Assembly: GCF_009914755.1 (NCBI RefSeq)
Contig: NC_060928.1
DNA from: the human T2T-CHM13v2.0 reference genome, Homo sapiens
Length of the DNA stretch: 64,000 bases
Strand: one strand, 5' to 3'
Shown here: one piece after another, positions 1-10,645 of the stretch
Layout: every line of letters begins with the position of its first letter
How positions within the stretch are numbered: position 1 is the first letter of the stretch
Notes under the pieces: generated by a model
Database searches by the model: none
What the model saw: only the letters and a program-made list of their open reading frames with translations
Told to the model about the DNA's origin: nothing
Translations under genes and position numbers: made by a program

Positions 1-199
1 CTCAAGCCTTTATCCTATATCAGGTGTTGTACTTGGATTTAGACATTTTGGAAAGTATCCAACTTTTTTTGTAATTTCGGTAGTAGCAGTACAACTTGTT
101 CCCTAAAAAGCTAAATAGCCACAACAAATGTACAATGATCGGTTAGAGTGGGACTGAGAGGCAATGTTTCCCAATATGTAGAGGAGGGATTCAGAAACA

Positions 200-385
200 T
201 TTAATAATGGTGTGATCCTGTATAACTTACTTTATCTCCTTGTGTATCTCCTTGTTTATAAGATAAAATCATGATAGTGTCTGCTGATAGGGTTATGGGG
301 ATTAAATTAATGTTAACATTTGTAAAGTGTTTGGAATGGTGTCAACCACACAGTAAAATTATATAATTGCTTTACTATTACTATT
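200..385 (+). mobile_element. MIR SINE relic
   Basis: Degenerate MIR core and 3' end (gatagggttatggggattaaattaatgttaacatttgtaaagtgtttggaatggtg). Confidence 0.6.
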
Positions 386-749
386 GTAAGTAATTATTGT
401 AGCGATTCAATAAATGAAATGTTTGGTATAACTTCTGGTTTTAATGGAACAGAGTTTTCAGGAGACCCATGAACAACAATGGGGGGAAAAGCATAAGTGG
501 GTATGGAAACGTTGGAAGAAGGAAACACTAAGATATAAATATAAAGAACATATTATGAAGGTAAGAGAAGACTCACCACAGGAGGTGGTCAGAAACCTGG
601 AGATCTAACCTCAGAGTTGTGAAATACCCATCTATTTCTAGATTAAAGTCTGTAAGGTACACCTTGTAGTTAAGTAGTTAAGTAGTAAGTAGTAGCTACA
701 CCTTGTAGTTAAGTAGTTACTATAGTTAACTTTTAGTAAAGTGGTTAGT

Positions 750-855
750 TATATATATATTATATATATATTATATATATATATTATATATATTATATAT
801 ATATAATATATATATTATATATATATATTATATATATATGTATATAGTTATATAT
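750..855. repeat. Interrupted (TA)n microsatellite, ~105 bp
   Basis: Seen directly; lies where MLT2 LTRs normally carry a short TA tract. Confidence 0.95.
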
Positions 856-859
856 GAGG

Positions 860-1306
860 AAGAGGTAACGGGAGAGAGGGAAAGATTATGAAAATTTGCC
901 ATATGACTATGGAGGTAGAGAATTCCCAACAGTTTACCATCTATAAGCTATAAAACCAAGAAAGCTCATGGTGAAATTCAAAGTTTGAAGGCTTGAGAAC
1001 CAGATGAGGCAATGTTGTAACTCCAAGCCTGAGTGTGAAGGCACAAGAACCATGAGCTCTGATGCCTAATACCAGGAGAAATGATAGAATTTGCCCTTCT
1101 TCTGCCTTTTTTTTTTCTTTTCAGACCCTCAACTGATTGGATGATGCCCACCCACATTGGTGAGGGCAGATCTTTACCCCATCTACTGATTCCTATATTA
1201 ATCTCTTCCAGAAACATTCTCACAGGCACACCTACAAGTAATGTTTTACCAGCTATCTGGGCATTGCTTGGCCCAATCAGGTTGACATGTAAAATTAACC
1301 ATCACA
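860..1306 (-). mobile_element. MLT2B-type LTR (3' LTR of HERV-L provirus; distal terminus missing)
   Basis: gattggatgatgcccacccacattggtgagggcagatc and terminal gttgacatgtaaaattaaccatcaca, followed by agtcca (reverse complement of the PPT-side internal boundary). Confidence 0.85.
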
Positions 1307-1531
1307 AGTCCATCACTGGGTACCCATAGGTATTTCCTTGAACCATACTTAATAACCAAATAAAGACAATAACAAGGTCATAATTCTGCTTAACATTATA
1401 CAACTATCCTGCCTGCAACCAAAATGGAACTAATTCTTTCCTCTGAAGTGGAGGTAAAATCCTGGAGTAATTTTTACTCTTGATATCTCGTAACTTAGAA
1501 ACTAGGATGTGAAATTAACAATAACTAAGTA

Positions 1532-1755
1532 GAGATGCTCTTCGACTGGTGATCTTATGTCTCTGTAAACTCTTCATAAGTTATAAATATTATTAAGTCA
1601 GAAGTTCACATTTGACTTAATACGTTCAACTTACAAAGGGTTTATCAGACATAACTCCATCATAAGTGGAGGAGCATATTGAATGCATATCACTTTCACA
1701 CCATTGTACATTTGAAAAATCATAAGTTGAACCATCATAAGCTGGGGACTGTATG
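1532..1755. mobile_element. MER47/Tigger5-family MITE (TcMar) inserted in HERV-L, with internal fold-back
   Basis: Ends gagatgctcttcgact and cataagctggggactgtatg, flanked by TA at 1530-31 and 1756-57. Confidence 0.75.
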
Positions 1756-2068
1756 TAATGTTATGAGGTCAATATCTATTACATTTCATAATATAGGAGA
1801 GGGGAAAAACAATAGATTTGCTTAATATATGTATATATGCATACCAACATATTTATAACAAAATAAGGAGGAAATATTCATGATACTGGCAGTTCTCATT
1901 ACTTTAGCAAGTCATTCGGTTATAGCTGGTATTTATAACGACCTTCTTCTACTACCCATTTCATATTCCCTTTGCCTTCAACAATCACTTCCACTGGTCA
2001 TGGTTCTTTATTTGGTAGGGTGACCCAGATCTTCATATCTGAATAGCCTGGACTATTGTTAGTCCTGC

Positions 2069-2581
2069 TTAGTTTGGGTTGTTGTAGTTTTCAATCACCT
2101 TAATCACAGGGCGTGATATTACTAAGAGAAGTTCTAAGATATCTTCTGTATTCCAGACATATTCATTCGTATCTACATTGAGAAATATTAGTCCAATTTC
2201 CCTTTGGTAATAAGGATTAATCACCCTAGCCAGTGCAATACTTCCCTTCTTTGCCTGTTGATTCAGATACATGAGAAGTACAAGGTATCTGAGTGGCAGC
2301 CTTGACTCCCAGTTCAGTGGAATTATCATTGTGTCTCTTGGTGGAAGCACTCTTCTTTCTGGAAATGAGACCTGTAGGCCAGCAGAGTATAAAGTTATAG
2401 AAACAGGGAGCACAAATGTAGATAGTGAGTCACTAGAGGTAATGCTGAGTGGTACCACTCCCATTTCTTTTGCTTGGTTCCTGGACCCATAAATCCTGGC
2501 TATCAGAGAAACAGAACCACATATAGTGGATGCTGATTCAGAGCCTATACAGTCTTCTGTAGGACCCTGACCCAACCCCAC
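2069..2581 (-). pseudogene. HERV-L integrase C-terminus/dUTPase remnant reading frame
   Basis: ARIYGSRNQ..SAGLQV..LPPRDTMIIPLNW..LNQQAKKG..RVINPYYQREI resembles HERV-L dUTPase; motif-3 Asp replaced by Asn, GTG start, C-terminal frameshift. Confidence 0.85.
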
Positions 2582-3842
2582 AAGGTATTATCACCTTGCT
2601 GGAATTGGAACTTGAGTCTTAAAAAGGTCATTTCACTGTTCTGTCAAGGCAGCTGCCTCAGGATGATGGGAAACATAGTTGTACCAGTGAATTCCATGAG
2701 CATAGCCCATGACTGCATTTATTTGTCTGTCAAAGTGGTTCATTGATCAGAAACAATGCTGTGTAGAATATCATAACAGCAATCAAGGAATTCTATAAGT
2801 GCATAGATGGTAGTTTTGGCAGAAACATTGTATGCCGGAAAGGAAAACCTGTATCCAGAATAAATGTCTATTGCAATAAAGATAAAACACTGCCCCTTCC
2901 ATGATGGGAACAGTCCGATGCAATCAACTTGCCACCAGGTAGCTGGCTGATCACTCTGGGGAATGGTGCCACATCAGGGACTCAGTGTGGGTCTCTGCTG
3001 CTGGCAGATTGCGTATACAACAGTGGTCATAGCCTGGTCAGCCTTGATGAGTGGAAGTCTGTGTTGCTCATACCATGCCTAACTTCCATCCCTGCCTCCG
3101 TGGCCACTTTGTTCATAAACCTATTGGATGACGATAGGAGTGCCTGGGGAAAGAGACTGACTGGTATCTATATAATAGGTCATACTATCCACTTGATTAT
3201 TAAAATTCTCCACTAGCTAGGTCACCCTTTGATAAGTATTCACATGGGACTCAAATATTATTATTTTTCATTCTGAGAGGTCAGTCCACATACTTCCTCC
3301 CCAAATTTCTTTGTCACCAATTTTCCAATCATGTTCCTTCCAAGTCCCAGAATAGCCAGCCAAATCATTGGCTACAGCCCATGAATTGATATATAATCAC
3401 ACATCTGGCCATTTCTCCTTCCAAGCAAATTCAAAACAGGTGCACTGCCTGAAGTTCTGCCCATTGAGAGGATTTCCTGTTACAACTGTCATTCAGCTAT
3501 GTCCCAGAGTGGGGATGTAGTACTGCAGCTGTCCACTTTCAGGTCATGTCTGCATATTGTGCAGAACCCTCTGTAAACAAGGCCAAAGTTTTCTTTTTCT
3601 CTGTCAACTTTCATAGAACACTCCCCATGAGGCTAGAGGTGCAGGCTGGGAAAAAGAAGGCATGTGTCAGGAGTGGGGACCATGGCTGTTTGGACCACTT
3701 CTTCATGTACTTACTTGTGCATTCAGGGCCTCCTCAGGATCAATCACATACGTACCATTTCCATTTGAAGATGCAGTGCATGCACAACTTTATGGTGTGG
3801 TGAGTCAGATAACACTCAGTTTATTATGGGCAGAACAAGATG

Positions 3843-4056
3843 GATTTTCCCCTGCCTTTTTGTTCTATTCAGATTGTCAATGTATTGGATGATGCCTGCC
3901 CACACTGGTGAGGGCAGATCTTCTTTACTCAGTCTACTGATTCATATGTTAATCTATCCAGAAACTCCCATATATTCACAGACAGAAATAATGTTTTACC
4001 AGCCACCTGGGCATCCTGTAGCCTAGTCAAGTTGACACATAAAATTAACCATCACA
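3843..4056 (-). mobile_element. MLT2B-type LTR fragment (5' LTR of same provirus)
   Basis: Paralogous to ~1090-1306 and ends with the same aaaattaaccatcaca. Confidence 0.85.
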
Positions 4057-4079
4057 GTCTTTACTTAAAAATCAAATAT

Positions 4080-4363
4080 AGCCAAGCACGATGGCTCATA
4101 TATAAATATTCCCAGAACTTTGGGAGGATAAGTCAGGAGGAATGCTAGAGGCCAGGAGTTTGAGGCTTGCCTGGGCACCATTTTATGACCCTGTCTCTAC
4201 AAAAAAAAAAATTAAAAGTTAGCCAGGCATGGTGACACATGCCTGTAGTCTCAGCTACCCAGGAGGCTGAAGCAAGAGGATTGCTTGAGCCTGGAAAGTT
4301 GAGGCTGCAGTGAGCTGTCATTCCCTCCAAACTGAGTGACAGAGTGGAACACTGTCTTAAAAA
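4080..4363 (+). mobile_element. AluJ
   Basis: Dimeric Alu with J-type gaggattgcttgagcctgg..gttgaggctgcagtgagct. Confidence 0.9.
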
Positions 4364-4374
4364 TATGTAATTTT

Positions 4375-4484
4375 GGCCGGGCGCGGTGGCTCACTCCTGT
4401 AATCCCAGCACTTTGGGAGGCTGGGGGGGTTGGGGGGTGGATCACAAGATCAGGAGTTCAAGACCAGCCTGGCCAAGATGGTGA
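4375..4484 (+). mobile_element. AluS 5' fragment (Sg4-like), 110 bp
   Basis: ggccgggcgcggtggctc...ggccaagatggtga, then abrupt switch to an A/TA tract. Confidence 0.9.
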
Positions 4485-4727
4485 AAAAAAAAATATATAT
4501 ATATATATAAATATATATAAATTTATAAATATATATATAATATATAAATACATATAAATATATAAAAATATATTTATAAATACATATAAATATATATTTA
4601 TAAATACATATAAATATATATTTATAAATACATATAAATATATATAAACATATATTTATAAATATATATAAACATATTTATAAATACATATAAATATATA
4701 TAAATATATATAAATACATATATATAC
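4485..4727. repeat. AT-rich low-complexity tract (TA / TAAATATATA / TAAATACATA units), ~240 bp
   Basis: Seen directly. Confidence 0.95.
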
Positions 4728-5008
4728 TTTTTTTTTTCTAAGTTGGCGTCTCACTCTGTCACTCCAGTCCAGTGGCACGATCACTGCAACCTCCACCTCC
4801 CAGGTTCAAGCAATTCTCTGCCTCAGCCTCTCAAGTAGCTGGGATTACAGGCACTTGCCACCACACCCGGCTAATTTTTTTGTATTTTTAGTAGAGATGG
4901 GGTGTCACCATCTTGGCCAGGCTGGTCTTGAACTCCTGATCTCGTGATCCAGCCCCGCTCGGCCTCCCAAAGTGCTAGGATTACAGGTGTGAGCCATCGC
5001 GCCTGGCC
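4728..5008 (-). mobile_element. AluS (Sg4-like), full length
   Basis: Poly-T, both arms, diagnostics caagcaattctctgcc and caccatcttggcc. Confidence 0.92.
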
Positions 5009-5014
5009 AAAATT

Positions 5015-5069
5015 ACACACACACACACACACATGTGTCTGTGTGTGTGTGTGTGTGTGTTTGTGTGTT
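5015..5069. repeat. (CA)n(TG)n compound microsatellite, self-complementary
   Basis: Seen directly; framed by aattaca...tgtaatt. Confidence 0.9.
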
Positions 5070-5794
5070 TGTAATTGTTTTCAGGAGCTAGAGAAATTTC
5101 GGTTACATACACACAAACATTCACTTATCTTTTTTCTGAGTAACTGCAATGAATTTATCATGAAATATGGTAAACTTCTGTACCACTAGTTTCTACTTTT
5201 GTTCATCGTCTGGTTTTCCCCTATTATCTTGGGCACATTTCCTTTAAGCCCCATGAAAATAGAGAATCTGTTATTATTGTGTTAAACTATGTCTTACTTT
5301 TCTATCAAATATATTTTGGTAAAACTAAAAAATGAATTTAAATGTTCATTGATTTTAATGAGGACCTATTGTATGCTGTACTTGCTGGATGTTCCACAGC
5401 TATAAAACAATAGTGAGCCAGCAGATTTGGGTGGGAACAACATCTTCACTATTTCAGACAAGTCACTAGGGGCATAGCTTCCATTCTTACAGTTCCTAAA
5501 ATTATCAGTGTGGGCTCATGCCCAAGCATATTATGAAAGCTGCCCTTTGTAATATATTTGTGACATCTTATGTGGTCATAAATTCTTGAATACTTTTTGG
5601 CTATTAGGATGGTTAACCTCTGTAGCTTAGATATCCTATGTCACAAACATACATGAGAACTAATTTTAAGGAATAGTAAAATACACTTCATATGTGGAAA
5701 GAGGATGGCTGACATTCTTAGGGGCAGAATTATCCAGAAAGTTTATATAGTTTGTGATATTGCTGGACCATTACTCCAAAGGGTAAATGCTGTA

Positions 5795-6142
5795 TGTTTT
5801 AGTGATCTTGGGTGGCTATAACAAAACACCACAGACTGTGTGGCTTAAGCAACAATTTATTTTTCACAGTTCTGCAGACCCAGAAATCCAAGGTTAAGGA
5901 AATGGCAGATTCAGTCTTGGTGAGGGCCCGCTTCCTGACTCTCCTATCCTCACATGGCAGAAAGAACAAGCTCTGATGTCTCTTCCTCCCTTAAGAAGGC
6001 ACTAATCTCATCACAGGACTTCATTCTCATGAGGTCATTTAACCAAATTACCTCCCCAAAGCCACACCTTCTAATACCATCACACTAGCAGTCAGGATAT
6101 CAACATGGATTTCAAGGAGATACAAAGATTCAATCCATAACA
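5795..6142 (-). mobile_element. MLT1A-type MaLR solo LTR
   Basis: tgttttagt..ggctataacaaaacaccacagactg..ccatcacact..caatccataaca. Confidence 0.85.
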
Positions 6143-6244
6143 CTGCCCATACACTGAAGATTTCAAACTCATGAGTGGCATTATAAAAATTTGAAGAAGG
6201 TGACAAGTAGTTATGTAGAGGAGCAGTTTGAGCCAATTTGAGTC

Positions 6245-7780
6245 AATAAGAGTTTCCTTTTCTCTGCATCCTTGCCAGTATCTGTTATTGTTTGTTTATT
6301 TAATAATAGCTATTCTGACTTGGGTGAAGTGATATTTCATTGTGGTTTTGATTTGCATTTCCCTGATGATTAACAATGTTAAGCATTTTTTTCATATCTC
6401 TGTTGGCTACCTGTATGTCTTCTATTGCTATTTGTGTCTTTTGCCTATTTTCAAATGGAATTTTAAAAAAAAATTGTTGAAGTGTTTGAACTCCTTATAT
6501 TCTGGATGTTAGTCCCTTGTCAGATGAATAATTTCCAAGTATTTTCTCCCATTGAAGATGTTGTCTCTTCATTCTGTTGATTGTTTCTTTTGCTTTGAAG
6601 AAGCTTTTTAGTTGAATATGTCTCATTAAAATTTTGCCTGTGCTTTTGAGGTCTTAGCCATAAAATCTTTGCTTAGCCTGATGTCCTGAAGAGTGTTTGT
6701 TTTTTTACGGTTTCTTATAGTAATTTTATAAATTTAGGTTTTATTGGAAGTCTTTAACCCATCTTTAGTTGACATTGTAAGTGGTGAGAAATAGGGGTCC
6801 AGTCTCATTCTTCTGCATGTGGTTATGCAGTTTTCCAAGCACCATTTATTGAAGAAGGTGTTCTTTTTCCAATGTTTGTTCTTGGTGACTTTGTCAAAGA
6901 CGAGTTGGCGTAAATATGTGGGTTTATTTCTGGGTTCTCTATTCTGTCCCATTTGTCAAACTTTATACCAATATGTTCTGTTTTGGTTACTATAGCCTTG
7001 TCTTATATTTCGCAGTTAGGTAGTATGATGTCCCAGCTGTGTCCTTTTTACTCAGAGTTGCTTTGGCTATTTGAGCCTTTTGTGTTGTTCTATACTAATT
7101 TTTGGATTGCTTTCTTCTTTGTTTTTATGAAAAATAACTTTTGTGTTTTGACAAGGATTGGATTGGATCTGCAGATTACTTTGAGTAATGTGGTCATTTT
7201 AATTATTTTGATCTGTGAGCATGGGTTGTCTTTCCATTTCTATGTGTCCTTTTTAATTTCTTTCACTGGTGTTTTATAGTTTTCCTTGCAGAGATCTTTC
7301 ACTTCTTTGGTTAAATTCATTTCTAAGTATTCTTTTTTTTTGTAGCCACTCTAAATGGGATTGACTTCTTGATTTTTTTTCATCTACTTCATTATTGATG
7401 GCTAGAAATATTACTGAGTTTGTATGTGATTTTGTATCCTGTAAGTTACCAAATGTATCAGTTCTAAGTCTTCAGATTTTCCCCATATAAGATCATGTCA
7501 TCTACAAAGAGGGATAATTTGACTCCCTCTTTTCCAGTTTGGACACCAATTATTGTGTTTTCTTTTTTCTTTTTTTCTTTCCTGATTGCACTGGCTAAGA
7601 TTTCCAGTACCAAGTTTAATAATAGTGTTGAAAATAGACATCCTTGTCTTGTTCAAGGTATTTGAGGAAAGGCTTTCAACTTTTCCCCATTCAGTATTAT
7701 GTTAGCTGTGGGTTTCTCATATATAGTCTTTATTATTTTGAGATGTGGTCCTTCTATGCCGAGTTTGTTGAACATTTTAT
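6245..7780 (-). mobile_element. L1 (L1MA-like) ORF2 3' portion, degenerate
   Basis: Minus-strand ORF pieces LVFDKVTKNKHWKKNTFFNKWCLENCITTCRRMRLDPY and [20 protein letters not shown] are L1 ORF2p motifs. Confidence 0.9.
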
Positions 7781-7784
7781 CTTG

Positions 7785-8015
7785 CAGAGTAGTAGTTCTA
7801 TTTTTATTTTTTTGAGGAACTTCCATACTATTTTTTATAATTGCTGTACTAACTGGTTTGCCTAGCAAGAGTATACAAGGGTTTCCTTATCTGTACATCC
7901 TCACACTGACTAGCTTTTGTATTTTTTATTTTTTGATAATGGAAATTTGTAACAAGGTATGAGGTGATATCTTATTATGGCTTTAATTTGTAATTCTCTG
8001 ATGATAATAAACATC
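7785..8015 (-). mobile_element. Second L1M ORF2 C-terminal fragment
   Basis: ttttgaggaacttccatact..gaggtgatatcttattatggctttaatttg; translates to NSMEVPQK. Confidence 0.75.
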
Positions 8016-10490
8016 TCTTTTTGATGTCATTACCAGATAGTGTTTGAAATTGCTGAAAAGCTGCTATCCATTGTTCTCCATATACTTTTTGCAAGTGTAA
8101 AGGTCTAACTCACAAAGTTAACAACAATGCTGAGAACAGTACATTCTAGCAAGTTCCTTACCTAGCCACCATGAAAGAAAAATTAAAAAAAAAAAACACT
8201 TTTCTAATCATTTCACACAGTAACAGGCCATGAAAAGTTTGTGAAATTGGTCTGTATAATGGCACATGGTTAACAATTACAGAAATGTTTCAAAATGTAC
8301 TAAAACTTTAAAATCATCACAATCTAATCATAGAAAGTAGTTCTAATACCACATATGACTCTAAACCTACAATTGCTCTGTCACCCTCTATGGAAGGCAA
8401 TTTCCTGTGAGCTCTCCCATGCAATGAAAATTAATAAATCTCATGCTGAATCCCTGAGAAATGTGCTGCTTCTTGAGAGAATATTAACATGAGGAATTAA
8501 CTTGTGTTTTAAAGAACATTTTTTAGCAATTAGAGTAATTTTATAAGATGTGACGTAATTAAGGTAGGAAAACAGACCAAAGTTGGTATATACAAATTTT
8601 TAGAAAGGTAAACATTATGTCAAAATATGTTCTGAAGCAAAGGAATATAGAGGATGCTAAAACAGAAGTGCCCATATTGCATTTATTTTTTTTTCTATAA
8701 ACCATTGGTTTGTCAGCTTACAGTATGGAATTTCCAATCATAAAATAAATGTCAGGAAATTAGCTGCAGTATCTTAATACTTTTACTGTTTCTTTCAAAT
8801 AGTACAATAAGAAAAGGCTTTCTTTTAATTAAGATATATATTTTGGGGAAGAAAGAGTGATTATTCAGGGGCATTTGAAAAGTTGGTGGTGAAAGAAGGC
8901 TCCAGGGCATCACTTACTACTTTTATCAATATACCATCACATAATCTGTGTGAATCATTTACTTGGATTCTTATTGTACTTATTTGTGACTTCATAGTGT
9001 CTGAACTGTCACTTTACTTTCTTTATTATTTGTCAGCCTCCACACTTATATTTATTCTTGTTGTTTCTTAAATTCAAGCTGAATTTGATGGTATGTTTTC
9101 CTAATTAATATTTTTCATTATTTTTCTGTTACACCAAATATGCGTATACTCGTGCTATGAAATTATTCAAGCAGATAGCGTCCTAGATCATTTTAATGTT
9201 TTACAAATATGTATTTTTGGTTCACATGGAACCAGCTTAAATTATACCACTGGATATTTATTTATTTTTATTTTTAAAAGTAAAACATTTAGAATTAAGC
9301 GTGTGTCATTTCGATGCCAGAGTTAACTTTATCAGTATCTGAAAGAGGAAAAACAAAAAGCAAAAAACAAAATTAAAAAAACACTAATAAATGCTCTATT
9401 TGTTTTCCTCAGTTTAGTTATGCAGGATTAGTTTATTTTAATTTTGTTTTTATTTTTTATTGAAAAAATCCTTAGACATTTCCCTTTCATAATACAGCCT
9501 TTGATAATGGAGTTTCCCTTGTCATTCAGAACATTGTCCTTCTATTCAGAATATAATTAGTTGAAATCTGTATCTCAATATCTGTGCATGCTGTGGCAAA
9601 TTGAAATAACATGTAGATGTGTATCTTTGTTCAGACATGTGAAATACAGTGGTAGGAGAAAGAAAAGTAAGACACAATTTCTGTAAATTTTATCTCCCAA
9701 TGACTATGGACTTTGCTAATATATTGTGATTGTTTATGATATCATTGAGTTATTAGGGTAATTATTTACTGTTCTCCACTTTTTTACATGAAATGGAGCT
9801 TCAGCCCTTATAAGTAAGAAATATTAAAACAATTAAATATACTTTACTATGGTAAAAAATGTTGTCAAATATATTTATAAGGCATATCATGACCTTATGG
9901 GAATATAATAAATGATCCATTCAAAGTAGATTTACTCATTATTTCAAACAGTTTAGATACGGTACTCCTTATTCCAGTTACACTGGTAGCTGAATAGTGA
10001 TGAATTATTCTAATTTCTCTATTAAATACTTCTATTAAAATATTTCATCTCATTAAAATGTGAATCCACAGTATATATAACTTCAGAAAGAAATGTTCAG
10101 AGAAAGTGAGTGTGTCTACTGAGCAAACAGTGAAGCAAGAAAAAAGGATTGCACAGGGAATTAGATTAGCCACGCTGGTAAAGGCATAGCTGAAGCCCCA
10201 TTAGGTCTGGCCCAGACAGCATTTGTGTTTGGAAGAGCTAAGCAAATCACATTAATTAATGCTTACAATTTTCTTTGGTGAAAGGTCCTGATGTCAGAGA
10301 GAAGACAGACATTTTCTTTTTTATCTGTACATTATACAAGCCCACCCAGGTCACTGGGCCATTGGAAAGGAAGCAAAAGGAACTGAAGCAAAAATAATCA
10401 CGATTTTAGCCTCAAAGCAAAAAGAATGCTTACTCATTTACACCATTCCTTTTATTAGAATGCTTAATTTTGAACTACAATGAATGTGTT

Positions 10491-10498
10491 TGCATGTA

Positions 10499-10530
<32 letters not shown>

Positions 10531-10645
10531 CACACACAATCACATTCATTGTATGTGTATATGTATCACATTTATTATATGTGTATATATATATTTATGT
10601 ACACACATACACACATTTGCATGTAGACATATATGTGTGTATGTG
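10491..10645. repeat. (TG)n(TA)10(CA)n compound microsatellite with degenerate RY flank
   Basis: Seen directly. Confidence 0.9.

Larger units (their letters stand above)
1307..3835 (-). mobile_element. HERV-L internal region: degenerate pol (RNase H, integrase), dUTPase and 3' region; gag and RT deleted
   Basis: Minus-strand fragments match remembered HERV-L Pol motifs (WKWY, SQWAEL, CQQQRPTLSP, WWQVD, HHPEAA) with many stops and frameshifts. Confidence 0.9.

Noticed and set aside
658-720. CRISPR-like repeat-spacer array
   Set aside because: Only two repeat units with a spacer derived from the repeat, in eukaryotic context with no cas genes.
2069-2581. 170-aa ORF as a functional or domesticated dUTPase
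   Set aside because: GTG start, motif 3 reads RVINPYY instead of GVIDPDY (catalytic Asp lost), C-terminal frameshift, and broken upstream pol.
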